NCBI RefSeq assembly: GCF_042688385.1
Contig: NZ_JBHUPY010000007.1
Coordinates: forward strand, 66,110 to 130,109
DNA: 64,000 nt
Direction of reading: 5' to 3'
Origin: Herpetosiphon sp. NSE202
GTDB lineage: Bacteria; Chloroflexota; Chloroflexia; Chloroflexales; Herpetosiphonaceae
Part shown: positions 8,343 to 17,527 of the stretch, in pieces
Layout of the letters: the number at the start of each line of letters is the position of its first letter
How positions within the stretch are numbered: position 1 is the first letter of the stretch
Translations under genes and position numbers: made by a program
Notes under the pieces: model-generated
Told to the model about the DNA's origin: nothing
Databases searched by the model: none
The model's input: the letters and a program-made list of their open reading frames with translations, nothing else

Positions 8343-9065
8343 ATGGCGTTGCAAAAAGTTGAAGTACGCGCAGCAAGCGTGGCCGAGGCCGTGGCTCAAG
8401 CCCTCGCCCAACTCGGCAAAGATGAAGATGAAGCTCTGATCGAGGTTTTAGCGCAAACCGCTGATTCAGCCCTTGTCCGCGTCAGCGTCGATGATGATGA
8501 GGATGAGTTGCTGGCTGAGTATGGCGATGATGACGATGAGGAGCAACCCAAACGTCGTCGCCGCCGCGTCGCTAGCACCGATGAGCAAACCGTGGCGCTC
8601 GCCCGTCAGTTGCTTGAGGCCTTGCTCACTCGCATGAACATCGATGCCTTTGTAACGCCGGTTGTACAGAAGGCCAAAGGCTCCGATGAAGAAGAAGATA
8701 CGCTGACCTTGCATATCGAGGGTGTCGATGAAGAAACCACCGGCCTGATGATTGGCCGCCGTGGCGAAACCTTGCGCTCATTGCAATATCTGCTGAATGT
8801 CTTAATTCATCGCCAAACTGGGCGCTGGTCGCAAGTAGTAATCGATATTGGCCAATATCGCCAACGTCGCCAAGATTCACTTGAGGGCTTGGCGTTGCGC
8901 ATGGCCGAACGCGTGCGCCAATCAGGCCGCCCAATGCCGCTTGAGCCAATGAGTTCATTCGAACGCCGCATCATCCATATGGCGCTGCGCGAAGATCCGT
9001 CAGTCTATACCGAAAGCGCTGGCGAAGGTGAGCATCGAAAAATCGTTATTTATCCAAAACGCTAG
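8343..9065 (+). CDS. jag: Jag / SpoIIIJ-associated RNA-binding protein (KH + R3H)
   Basis: It lies 3' of yidC. It has an acidic D/E tract, a KH-like region (GRRGETLRSLQYLLNVL) and a C-terminal R3H motif (ERRIIHMALRED). Confidence 0.75.
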   Translation: MALQKVEVRAASVAEAVAQALAQLGKDEDEALIEVLAQTADSALVRVSVDDDEDELLAEYGDDDDEEQPKRRRRRVASTDEQTVALARQLLEALLTRMNIDAFVTPVVQKAKGSDEEEDTLTLHIEGVDEETTGLMIGRRGETLRSLQYLLNVLIHRQTGRWSQVVIDIGQYRQRRQDSLEGLALRMAERVRQSGRPMPLEPMSSFERRIIHMALREDPSVYTESAGEGEHRKIVIYPKR

Positions 9066-9136
9066 TCAATGGCGATTAGCGCTGTGGTTGAGCGGGTGTT
9101 GTTCTCAGCGCCCGCCAATCAGTATCCAAGGAGTCG

Positions 9137-10123
9137 ATGATGATTCCCTTAACTAACTTGCCTGCCACAGTCAGCATCCGCGAAGTTGGCCCCCGCGATG
9201 GCTTGCAAAACGAGGATCGCATCCTCACCACCGAGCAAAAAATCCTGCTAATCAATGCCCTCAATAATTCTGGCTTGCGCCAAATCGAAGTTGGTTCGTT
9301 CGTCAACCCGCGTTATGTGCCCCAAATGGCCGATACCGCTGAGGTTTTTGCCCGGATCGAACGCCGCCCCGATGTGATGTATAGCGCAATTGCGCCAAAT
9401 TTACGCGGAGCACAACGGGCAATCGAAGCCCGCGCCGATTCGGTGCAAATCTTTTTGAGCGCTTCCGAAAGCCACAATCAAAGCAATGTGCGCATGAGCA
9501 TCAACGAATCGCTGGCTGCTGCCGCCGATATTGCGCTTGCACTCAAAGAAGCCCAGATCGAGTTCGAAGCTGTGCTTTCAGTGGTCTTTGGCTGCCCCTT
9601 CGAAAACGATGTGCCAATCGAGCGCGTCGTGAGCATGACTGAACGCCTGCTCGAGCTGGGAGCCAGCCAAATTACGCTTGGCGATACAACCGGCATGGCT
9701 CATCCGCGCTTGGTGCAAGCGGTGGTGCTAGCCTTACGCGAGCGCTTCCCGCATGCGCCGTTACGCTTGCACCCGCATAGTGCGCGCGGCGCTGGCTTAG
9801 CCAACGTATTGGCCGCACTCGAAGTTGGCATCGATCGGATTGATGCAAGCATTGGGGGGATTGGTGGGTGTCCTTTTGCGCCAGGCGCACCAGGCAATAT
9901 CTGCACCGAAGATACCGTGCATATGCTCCACGAAATGGGCATCGACACCGGCCTCGATATTCCAAAGTTGGTTTCGTGTGCCAAACTAATCGAAAGCTTG
10001 CTTGGCCACGAAGTGCCTGGGCAAGTCATCAAAGGTGGCATTTGTGGCCATATTCCTGGCGGCAAGATGCGTCCATGGAACGAAGCAGCAGTGCTCGACG
10101 CGCCAACCAGCCGCACCGTTTAA
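9137..10123 (+). CDS. Hydroxymethylglutaryl-CoA lyase (HMGL-like TIM barrel)
   Basis: N-terminal IREVGPRDGLQNE. The metal/catalytic motifs are GDTTGMAHP and GIGGCPFAPGAPGNI. An RBS GGAG lies upstream. Confidence 0.75.
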   Translation: MMIPLTNLPATVSIREVGPRDGLQNEDRILTTEQKILLINALNNSGLRQIEVGSFVNPRYVPQMADTAEVFARIERRPDVMYSAIAPNLRGAQRAIEARADSVQIFLSASESHNQSNVRMSINESLAAAADIALALKEAQIEFEAVLSVVFGCPFENDVPIERVVSMTERLLELGASQITLGDTTGMAHPRLVQAVVLALRERFPHAPLRLHPHSARGAGLANVLAALEVGIDRIDASIGGIGGCPFAPGAPGNICTEDTVHMLHEMGIDTGLDIPKLVSCAKLIESLLGHEVPGQVIKGGICGHIPGGKMRPWNEAAVLDAPTSRTV

Positions 10124-10132
10124 GCATCACTA

Positions 10133-10176
10133 ACCCATCCAGGAAGCCATATAGTTTGCTTGGATGGGTTTTTGCT
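10133..10176 (+). terminator. Rho-independent terminator after the HMG-CoA lyase gene
   Basis: ACCCATCCAGG and its complement CTTGGATGGGT form a 10-11-bp stem with a 17-nt loop, followed by TTTTTGC. Confidence 0.5.
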
Positions 10177-10370
10177 TGCCAAAATTTGCCTGCTCCCTCG
10201 TTTGGCTGCCACTACAGTACCCCATTAGTCATGAACAACCCCGCTACGAAGCCTTATAGCAGCGTGCAAAAAGGCCTATACGAGGGCGGACCGATAGACC
10301 ATACCCGGCCTAGGCTATCGGATCTATGCTGCTTGCAAGCAAATGATTCATGGATTAAGGGATTGCCACT

Positions 10371-11192
10371 ATGTTTCAGCCATCAGCCAAGCACGCCAAT
10401 CAAGCAGTCGTCGGGCAAGCCCCTGAACTTTCGGTTATCATTCCCTGTTTCAACGAACAAAAACGGATCATCCCCAGCATCGACGCAATCGTGCAGTATC
10501 TCAACGAACGAGGCCGTTCGTGGGAGTTAATTATTAGTGATGATGGCTCAACCGATCAAACAGTTAGCTTGATCGAAGCCCAAAACTATCCCAATCTGAC
10601 GATCATCAAAAGCTCAAGCAACCATGGCAAGGGCCATGCAGTACGAGCTGGGATTATTGCAGCCAAAGGCAATTTTATTCTCTTTACCGATGCAGATAAT
10701 GCTACGCCAATCACTGAGTTAAATAAATTATTGCCCTCGTTAGAGCAAGGCAACTACGATTTGGCGATTGGCTCGCGGGCCAAACAACTGCTGCAAACCA
10801 AAGAACGGCGCTTGAGCCGCTGTGTAATGAGTGCTGGGCTGCGGCTGATTGTTGAACATGGATTGAAACTAAATATTCACGATAGTCAATGTGGCTTCAA
10901 ACTGTTTCATCGGGCGGTGGCCAAACATCTGGCCCAAGTCCAAACGATCAATGGCTTTGCCTTCGATTTAGAGCTGTTGGTGATTGCCGATATTTTTGGC
11001 TATCAAACCAATGAAATTCCCGTCGAATGGATTGATGTTGCTGACTCAAAAGTCCATCCAATTCGTGATGCCTATCAGTTTCTGCGCGACATTATGATTA
11101 TTCAAATTAACCATTGGCGTGGACGCTACCCAAGCTCAAGCCAAAAAAAAACAAAAGCTAAATCGCAGCAATCAGGCCAGTGGTTTGCCTAA
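10371..11192 (+). CDS. GT2 family glycosyltransferase (dolichyl-/polyprenyl-phosphate sugar transferase-like)
   Basis: LSVIIPCFNE ... ISDDGSTDQT ... FTDADNATP (DxD) ... QCGFKLF. This is the classic GT-A fold signature. Confidence 0.7.
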   Translation: MFQPSAKHANQAVVGQAPELSVIIPCFNEQKRIIPSIDAIVQYLNERGRSWELIISDDGSTDQTVSLIEAQNYPNLTIIKSSSNHGKGHAVRAGIIAAKGNFILFTDADNATPITELNKLLPSLEQGNYDLAIGSRAKQLLQTKERRLSRCVMSAGLRLIVEHGLKLNIHDSQCGFKLFHRAVAKHLAQVQTINGFAFDLELLVIADIFGYQTNEIPVEWIDVADSKVHPIRDAYQFLRDIMIIQINHWRGRYPSSSQKKTKAKSQQSGQWFA

Positions 11193-11400
11193 AAAACCTC
11201 TATTTTGCTGCTTGAATAGCTGATTGCTCAGCATTTATAGCTCCTCAGCCCTTCGCCACGTAGCCGAGGGGCTTCGCGTTGCAATGAGCAGCTTTAGCAT
11301 AGACGAGGCTGCTAACCCTAAGTGCTAGATCTATGCGGATAGCTTGGATTTGATAGCCCTTTCTGTTTCCCCCCTTGGCACTTTAGTAGCGCTCGGATGA

Positions 11401-12720
11401 GTGACTATTCGCTTATTGGTTTCAGCCCTAAACCAATCTATAGTTAAGTTAATGGTATTTTTACACGAAAGTCTGATTATGGGTGTCCTTCAACGTTCTG
11501 GTTTCACAACCACCCACATTCCACTCATGCGGCGGCTCAAACAATTAACGAAGTTCTGGCTGCTCGGCGGTATGCTCTTGGTTAATCTGGCGAATTATGG
11601 CGTTGCAAGCGTGCTTGGCCGTGGGTTAGGCCCAGCAGCCTATGCCCAAATCAACGTCATCATGACCTTGTTTGGCCTCGCAACCTTGGGCAGTAGTTTT
11701 TTTCAAATTCAAGCTGCCCGGGCCAGCCTTAGCCTCAACAATCATGCCAAATTGAGGCAGCTTCGCCAAATAGCTTGGGTTGTTGGGGCACTCAATGGCC
11801 TGCTCTGCGCAGGCTTGGCGGGATTTTGGCAAAACCTGTTTGGCACAAGTCCAACACCATTGTTGCTGCTTGGCTTTGGCTTAATCAGCTACTATCCGCT
11901 TGGGGTTGAGCGTGGCATTATGCAAAGCCAAGCGGCGTTTGGGCGGCTTGCAGGTAATTTGCTGCTAGAAACCATGATTCGGCTCGCTGGAGCAATCATC
12001 GTGCTCAAATTGGGTTTGGGCGTACCATCAGTCAGTGCAGTCTTTGCTGGTTCATTGCTCGCGGCGTGGAGTTTGAGCTACATCAAACCAGCCATAACCG
12101 AGAATGTTGGTTCAACGAGTCAACTTCAGCCATTAGGGCCACTTGGCTTGCGGATGCTAGGCCAAGGCTTAATTCTCAATAGCGATCTGCTTTTGGTAAC
12201 GTTGTGGTTTTCGCAGCATATTGCTGGCCAATATGCAGCTTTAGGCTTGATTGGCAGGCTTGGATTCTTCGTGAGCAGCACGGTTGCAACATTGGGTTTT
12301 GCTAAGCTGTTACGGGCCGATAAGGCAAAAACTGAACAACGCCAGGCATTTTGGCAAAGCGTGGCTATGATACTTGGCATTGGAATCATATTTAGCCTCG
12401 CCTGTTGGGCCATGCCTAATCTGCTCATTAAGGGGCTATTTGGTTCAGCCTATCTGCCGATTGCTGGGGTGCTTTGGCGCTACGCTGCGATTGCCGGTGG
12501 CTATGCAGTGGTAAATTTCCTCGTTGCTTATCAAGCGGCCCAACAGCGGCAGAGCGGAGTTTGGCTGACACTTGGGGCTGGCCTTGGCCAAGTCGTGCTT
12601 TTGATTGCAGCCCATCAAACAATTAACCATGTATTGAATGTTCAAGCCTTGATCATGCTAGGGTTGTTGGCAACAGTTTGCTTGAGCGAATGGCTGGAGC
12701 GCACAAAAAACCGCGCTTGA
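11401..12720 (+). CDS. Polytopic membrane protein, polysaccharide-biosynthesis / flippase (Wzx/MOP) -like
   Basis: It has 12 or more hydrophobic segments and sits next to a GT2 gene. The start is uncertain. The ATG at 11479 (MGVLQ) is an alternative to 11401. Confidence 0.45.
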   Translation: MTIRLLVSALNQSIVKLMVFLHESLIMGVLQRSGFTTTHIPLMRRLKQLTKFWLLGGMLLVNLANYGVASVLGRGLGPAAYAQINVIMTLFGLATLGSSFFQIQAARASLSLNNHAKLRQLRQIAWVVGALNGLLCAGLAGFWQNLFGTSPTPLLLLGFGLISYYPLGVERGIMQSQAAFGRLAGNLLLETMIRLAGAIIVLKLGLGVPSVSAVFAGSLLAAWSLSYIKPAITENVGSTSQLQPLGPLGLRMLGQGLILNSDLLLVTLWFSQHIAGQYAALGLIGRLGFFVSSTVATLGFAKLLRADKAKTEQRQAFWQSVAMILGIGIIFSLACWAMPNLLIKGLFGSAYLPIAGVLWRYAAIAGGYAVVNFLVAYQAAQQRQSGVWLTLGAGLGQVVLLIAAHQTINHVLNVQALIMLGLLATVCLSEWLERTKNRA

Positions 12721-12745
12721 TCGCGATGATCAAGCGCGGTTTTGA
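12704..12745. terminator. Bidirectional intrinsic terminator between the flippase-like gene (+) and the auracyanin-like gene (-)
   Basis: It is a perfect 12-bp stem, CCGCGCTTGATC-gcgat-GATCAAGCGCGG. An A6 run precedes it and T4 follows it. Confidence 0.7.
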
Positions 12746-12760
12746 TTACAGCTAAGCAGC

Positions 12761-13624
12761 TTATTTGACTGTTAGCGTACCCTTCATGCCAGCTGCATAG
12801 TGGCCTGGATAGGCACAGATATAGCTGTAGGTACCTGGCTCCAATTGAGCATCAACACTGTCAGTTTCGCCAGCATTGATCGTTTTGGTGTGAGCAAGCG
12901 ACGTATCGGCGCTTGGTGTGAAGTCAGGGGCGTTAGCAACTGCTGAATCAACAGCTTTTTGCTCTTCGCCTGGTTTGACAATCACAACGTTGTGGGGCAC
13001 AGCGCCAACATTATTGAAGGTTACTTTGACGTTGCCTGCACTTGCGCTAAGCTCGGTTTGGGCAAACTTCAAATCGGCTCCAGCAGCGCTATCGAGGGTT
13101 ACGCCAGCACCACCGCCAGCAGGAGCAGCGCCACCGCCACCAGCAGCAACGACCTTAAACGTGCCCTTCATACCAGCTGCATAGTGGCCAGGGTAGGTAC
13201 AGACATAGCTGTAGGTACCTGGCTCTGCAATATTGAAGGTCGTCGTGTCATTAGCACCGCCATCAATGGTTTTGGTGTGGGCCAATGAATTTGGGGCTTC
13301 AAAATTGGTGGCAGTTGCTGCGTCGGCCACGGTTTTATCTTCTTCGCCGGGGTTGACCAACACCCAGTTGTGAGGCACAACACCCTTGTTATTGAAGGTT
13401 ACTTTAATTTCACCGGTACCTGCGGTTAACTCGGTTTTGGCAAAGGCCAAGGTGGCACCATCGGCACTATCAATGGTCAAATCATTGCTCACTGAGCCAG
13501 CAACCGCGACATCGGGGACACCTTTAAACACACCTACGTTGTCGTCAGCAGTACCACCGCAAGCAACCAAAGTGCCTGCTAATAAAACGCCCGCCAGCGG
13601 ACGTGTCCAGCGCCGAATAGGCAT
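12761..13624 (-). CDS. Lipoprotein with two tandem type-1 blue-copper (auracyanin/azurin-like cupredoxin) domains
   Basis: An RBS GGAGGAAATCG-ATG is at 13624. The signal and lipobox are RPLAGVLLAGTLVAC. There are two copies of the ligand pattern VPHN...Y(V/I)C(T/A)YPGHYAAGMKGT, giving the His-Cys-His-Met ligand set, joined by a Gly/Ala linker. The two domains are also a DNA-level tandem duplication, 12770-12840 versus 13156-13230. The track ORF extends upstream to 13732, but the RBS and signal peptide support 13624. Confidence 0.8.
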   Translation of the reverse strand: MPIRRWTRPLAGVLLAGTLVACGGTADDNVGVFKGVPDVAVAGSVSNDLTIDSADGATLAFAKTELTAGTGEIKVTFNNKGVVPHNWVLVNPGEEDKTVADAATATNFEAPNSLAHTKTIDGGANDTTTFNIAEPGTYSYVCTYPGHYAAGMKGTFKVVAAGGGGAAPAGGGAGVTLDSAAGADLKFAQTELSASAGNVKVTFNNVGAVPHNVVIVKPGEEQKAVDSAVANAPDFTPSADTSLAHTKTINAGETDSVDAQLEPGTYSYICAYPGHYAAGMKGTLTVK

Positions 13625-13782
13625 CGATTTCCTCCATAAAAGCATCTGTTTGTTGGCATTCGTATACACTGAATTATAGCATAATGGCTTGGGCTTGGTC
13701 TCATAGGATCGGCATTGTTTTGGATAGGCCAATTGGTAGTCAATTGCTCACCAAATGCTCACAAAGATTTACCAAAAGTTCC

Positions 13783-13810
13783 TTGACGCACTCACAGGCA
13801 CTGTTATAAT
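13783..13810 (+). promoter_or_regulatory. Sigma-70-like promoter (TTGACG, 16 nt, TATAAT) driving a roughly 170-nt leader upstream of 13982
   Basis: Consensus hexamers were read directly. The leader contains a terminator-like hairpin, GACAGAGGC-atca-GCCTGTGTC plus T6, at about 13898-13925. Confidence 0.35.
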
Positions 13811-13981
13811 ACACACCAAGAGGCTGCTGTACCCGGAAAGGCCCACCCACAATGCGAATTGAATTCGACAATTGGGTTAACGATAGCACGACAGAGGCAT
13901 CAGCCTGTGTCGTTTTTTGTACCAACGCTACGGCGTGGGAACGGCTCACGGCGTTTTTCGCTATATAAGGAGGATCGTCCA

Positions 13982-14269
13982 ATGTACTCCGATATGATTA
14001 GCAAGATCGACAAAGCCAAACGGTACGCCCAAGAACCAGAACGGATTGCAATTCAACAGTTTAGCGCTATCTTCCGTGGTGGCAATAACCACGAAGTCCA
14101 GCTGTTGGCAAGCGGTGAATGGCACTGTGATTGTGAATTTTTTGCCCATTGGAACACCTGCTCACACGTGATGGCATTGCAACGGATCTTAGAGCCAATG
14201 TTAAATGATGACGCTCGCCGAGCTGGCTCACCATTTACCTTCGATGAAATTGCCGAGGCTGTTGGCTAA
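13982..14269 (+). CDS. Small SWIM-type zinc-finger protein
   Basis: An RBS AAGGAGGATCGTCCA-ATG is present. The CxC..(n)..CxH arrangement is WHCDCEFFAHWNTCSHVMAL. It is 95 aa. Confidence 0.5.
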   Translation: MYSDMISKIDKAKRYAQEPERIAIQQFSAIFRGGNNHEVQLLASGEWHCDCEFFAHWNTCSHVMALQRILEPMLNDDARRAGSPFTFDEIAEAVG

Positions 14270-14296
14270 AGGGTTTTTCCAAGGTTTAAGGTTGCG

Positions 14297-14338
14297 CCAC
14301 GTGACGAGTAGCTACTTGTCAACGTGGCGTAGCTGTTT
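14297..14338 (+). terminator. Long imperfect hairpin after the SWIM gene, in the gltX leader
   Basis: GCGCCACGTGAC-gagtagctacttg-TCAACGTGGCG. The T-tract after it is weak. Confidence 0.3.
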
Positions 14339-14410
14339 AAGCGAGAAGAGTCGTGCGCCTATATCACCGCCAGCAACGGCTATGGTATAATCGCGACGCA
14401 AGGAGGTATT

Positions 14411-15898
14411 ATGTCGGATCGTCCAACACCAGCCCGCACGCGCTTTGCGCCAAGTCCGACGGGCTATCTGCATATCGGTAGTTTACGTACCGTGTTATTT
14501 AGCTGGTTGTGGGCACGCCACACCGGCGGTCAATTTTTATTACGGATTGAAGATACCGATCGCAAGCGCTTTGTTGAAGGCGCAGAAGAACAATTAACCA
14601 GTTCAATGCAAGCGATCGGCCTCATGTGGGATGAAGGTCCAATTGTTGGCGGTCCTCACGCACCTTATAAACAATCCGAACGCTTGGATATTTATCAGGC
14701 TCACGCTGCAAGCTTGATCGAAAAAGGCGTTGCTTACCGTTCGTATGCCACCGCCGAAGAAATTGCCGCCCTCAACGCCGAACGCGAGGCTCGTGGCGAG
14801 CCAAAGCTCTTGGTGTTTCGCAATTTGCCCGGCATCGACGACGCAGCCCGTGAAGCAGCTGGCGAGCCATACAACGTGCGGCTGAGCCTCAAAACCACTG
14901 GCAAAACGATCGTCCATGATCTGGTTCGCGGCCAAATTGAGTTTGATAATGCGGCCTTGAAAATGCCCGATCCAGTGCTGTTGAAAACCGATGGCTTCCC
15001 AACCTATGCCCTCGCCGCCATGGTCGATGATCACTTGATGGGGATCACCCACGTGCTACGGGCTGATGAATGGCTACCAACCTGGCCGATTCACCACCAA
15101 ATCTACGAAGCATTTGGCTGGGAGCAACCGGTTTGGGTGCATGTGCCGCAAGTGTTGGGCAGCGATGGCAAGAAGCTTTCCAAACGGCATGGCGATACCT
15201 CGGTGACCGAGTATATTGAGCTTGGCTTTTTGCCCGAAGCAATCGTCAACTATTTGGCCTTAATTGGCTGGTCATACGACGATAAAACTGAGTTTATGAC
15301 CCTTGAAGAGTTGATCGAGCGCTTTGACCTGAATCGGATTCGCCCATCGGGCGGGGTGTTTGATCGCGATAAGCTCTTGCACTTCAACGGGGTCTATTTG
15401 CGCAATTTGGCTGCTGCTGATTTGGCGCAACGGATCGCCCCCTATTTGAGCAAAGCTGGCTTAATTAGTGCAGAACCAACTGCGGCAGAATTGGCCAAGG
15501 TAGCCGAATACTTGCCATTAGTGCAAGAACGGATTAAGCTACTCAGCGAAGCGCCAGAATTGCTTGATTTCTTCTTTGTCGACCCCCAAGGCTACGACCC
15601 AGCCTTGTTGGTGCCAAAGAAGGGCGACCCAGCGCAGACAGTCGAGGTGCTTGGTCAAGTCAAGGCCAGTTTGGAAGCTCTCGAAACGTGGGATAGCCCA
15701 AGTTTAGATAAGCTTTTGCACGATTTTGTCAATCAACTTGGGCTGAAAATTCCCCAAGTCTTTATGCCTATTCGGGTTGCGCTCACTGGGCGAACCACCT
15801 CACCAGGCCTGTTTGAAACCATGGCGGTGTTGGGTAAGGCCGTGACGCTCGCGCGAATCAGCACTGCTGCTGCGGCGCTTTCCTCTGCCTCTGTATAG
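14411..15898 (+). CDS. gltX: Glutamate--tRNA ligase
   Basis: An RBS AAGGAGG is present. The class-I HIGH region is RFAPSPTGYLHIGSLRT and the KMSK-like motif is KLSKRHGD. It is 495 aa. Confidence 0.9.
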   Translation: MSDRPTPARTRFAPSPTGYLHIGSLRTVLFSWLWARHTGGQFLLRIEDTDRKRFVEGAEEQLTSSMQAIGLMWDEGPIVGGPHAPYKQSERLDIYQAHAASLIEKGVAYRSYATAEEIAALNAEREARGEPKLLVFRNLPGIDDAAREAAGEPYNVRLSLKTTGKTIVHDLVRGQIEFDNAALKMPDPVLLKTDGFPTYALAAMVDDHLMGITHVLRADEWLPTWPIHHQIYEAFGWEQPVWVHVPQVLGSDGKKLSKRHGDTSVTEYIELGFLPEAIVNYLALIGWSYDDKTEFMTLEELIERFDLNRIRPSGGVFDRDKLLHFNGVYLRNLAAADLAQRIAPYLSKAGLISAEPTAAELAKVAEYLPLVQERIKLLSEAPELLDFFFVDPQGYDPALLVPKKGDPAQTVEVLGQVKASLEALETWDSPSLDKLLHDFVNQLGLKIPQVFMPIRVALTGRTTSPGLFETMAVLGKAVTLARISTAAAALSSASV

Positions 15899-15922
15899 TT
15901 CGATTAGTCAGGAGGATGTTCA

Positions 15923-16177
15923 ATGACGCTTGACGAAGCCAAAACCGAATTGACCAACTTGGTCTTGGGAGTTTCGCCCGATGCCGTGTTACGCTATAAA
16001 AAACGGGGCAGCGATGAGTTGGCGATTCGGGTTTATGCCCCAGCCGACCACGAGGATGCCATTCGTGAAGCAACCCGCGAACGTTCAATCGCCTTGTTAA
16101 CCGAACACGATTTGGATGTTCAGATTTTGATTTACGATATTTCAACCTCGTTGCCAACCGAAGAAGGCGCAGAGTAA
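15923..16177 (+). CDS. Hypothetical small acidic protein of 84 aa
   Basis: An RBS GGAGGA lies 8 nt upstream. I recognise no domain. Confidence 0.4.
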   Translation: MTLDEAKTELTNLVLGVSPDAVLRYKKRGSDELAIRVYAPADHEDAIREATRERSIALLTEHDLDVQILIYDISTSLPTEEGAE

Positions 16178-16247
16178 CCTGCACCTAGCGGAGCCAACGG
16201 CCTCTAGCAGCAATGCTAGGGGCTGCTTTTGATTAAAGGGAAAGGCC

Positions 16248-17324
16248 ATGGATTCTTATCAACCAACCAGCGATGAACGACAAGCCATGCGGGCATTTTT
16301 GCAACGCGCCGAGGTGCGCATCTCGACGATGCACCGCATTGCTGGCGTGTTTTTGAATGGCGCAGGCTTATTGATTTTGTTGCCAGTGTTTTTTCGCGAT
16401 GCAATTAGCGACATCAACAACATTGTGCTCAAGCAAATTGCCCAGCTGTTTACACTGTGGCAAACTGGCCAATTTTCGTGGTCGGCAGTCGCCGATTTGG
16501 GCCTCTACACGCTGTTATTTATTCCGTTTATCGCAACCTTGGGCATTCCGCTGTATGCGTTTTTGCTGTTATTGAAAGATATTGTCTACTTTTATTTTGC
16601 CAACCAAAGCCCTGGCTTTACCCATAAATTATTTAACCCGCGCTTTATTCTTTCGGGCTTGGCATTTTCCACTGATGAAGCACCAGCAGTCAAACGCGCC
16701 GTGATTCAGCATCAATATAATTCCGATTTGTTGGAGTTTATTTTGCCGTTTGAGCGCCACGAAGCGGCATTTTACGATCAGGTTTATCAGCAAAGCGAGG
16801 GCTTGATCGTGCCGCCCAGTCGTGATGCGGCCCAACTAGCCAGCCAAGGGGTCAATCAAAGCCAAATCAGCCAGCAAGCAATCGAGCGTTTTAACACGGC
16901 CTTGGGTTTATCGGGCTTTTTAGATCGTACCTTAATTGAAGAAGTGGCACGCACTGAAATCTCGGTGGTGCGCTATGCCTTATGTCTACGACGTTTGGTG
17001 TTGCGCTATATCAAAGCCTTGCTCATGTTTGTCTGGACGACCTTGCTCTCGTTTATTTTGGTTTCGTTCCTTGAGCACTTGCAGCCGTTGGTAATTTTGG
17101 CGGTGGGCTATGTGGTTTGGTCGGCGCTTACGCCGTTGGTCGTGCGCATGCCCACCAACTGGATCTGGCAAGCGCTGCGTGAGGATGTCAATCTCAAAGG
17201 AGTGGCCCGTGATGAAGAAATAACCCGTTTTGAACACTTTGTCGTCAAGGTCTGTCGTTTGACCTTGGCAATCGCCATTTTGACCTTGCTCAGCGAAATT
17301 GGGCGGCTGATCGTGCATGTTTAG
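16248..17324 (+). CDS. Hypothetical polytopic membrane protein
   Basis: It is a 358-aa ORF with at least 6 hydrophobic helices. I recognise no domain. Confidence 0.45.
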   Translation: MDSYQPTSDERQAMRAFLQRAEVRISTMHRIAGVFLNGAGLLILLPVFFRDAISDINNIVLKQIAQLFTLWQTGQFSWSAVADLGLYTLLFIPFIATLGIPLYAFLLLLKDIVYFYFANQSPGFTHKLFNPRFILSGLAFSTDEAPAVKRAVIQHQYNSDLLEFILPFERHEAAFYDQVYQQSEGLIVPPSRDAAQLASQGVNQSQISQQAIERFNTALGLSGFLDRTLIEEVARTEISVVRYALCLRRLVLRYIKALLMFVWTTLLSFILVSFLEHLQPLVILAVGYVVWSALTPLVVRMPTNWIWQALREDVNLKGVARDEEITRFEHFVVKVCRLTLAIAILTLLSEIGRLIVHV

Positions 17325-17335
17325 GGATTGAAAGC

Positions 17336-17516
17336 CCCTCACCCCAACCCCTCTCCCATCCGATGGGCGAGGGGCTTTAACGCTGTGGTTCGGCCACAAA
17401 TTCCGTTGCTCCTCCTCGCCCGCGTTCAGTGGGAGAGGGAGTTGGGGGGTGAGGGAATTGCTAATCTCGGCTCCCCCTCGCCCGCGTTCAGTGGGAGAGG
17501 GGGTTGGGGGGTGAGG
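17336..17516. repeat. Cluster of three roughly 42-bp G/C-rich palindromic arms, one forward and two inverted, of the window-wide CCCTCACCCC...GGGCGAGGGG family
   Basis: The arms are CCCCTCACCCCAACCCCTCTCCCATCCGATGGGCGAGGGG at 17336-17375, and reverse-orientation copies at 17413-17454 and 17474-17516. Each arm can fold as a hairpin (CCCCTCTCCC / GGGCGAGGGG). Confidence 0.8.
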
Positions 17517-17527
17517 GAACTCGCTTG

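Noticed and set aside
9868-10530. 220-aa ORF spanning the end of the HMG-CoA lyase gene, the terminator hairpin and the start of the GT2 gene
   Set aside because: It overlaps two confident genes and a terminator in a different frame. Its composition is His/Arg/Ser-rich junk. It is most likely a read-through artefact of the ORF caller.
13859-13981. Upstream extension of the SWIM zinc-finger ORF to the ATG at 13859
   Set aside because: The extension would run through a terminator-like hairpin and lacks an RBS. By contrast, AAGGAGG precedes the ATG at 13982.
14270-14410. T-box leader for gltX
   Set aside because: No T-box consensus (AGGGTGGNACCGCG) or specifier-loop architecture is visible. 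Only a generic hairpin and a -10 element are present.
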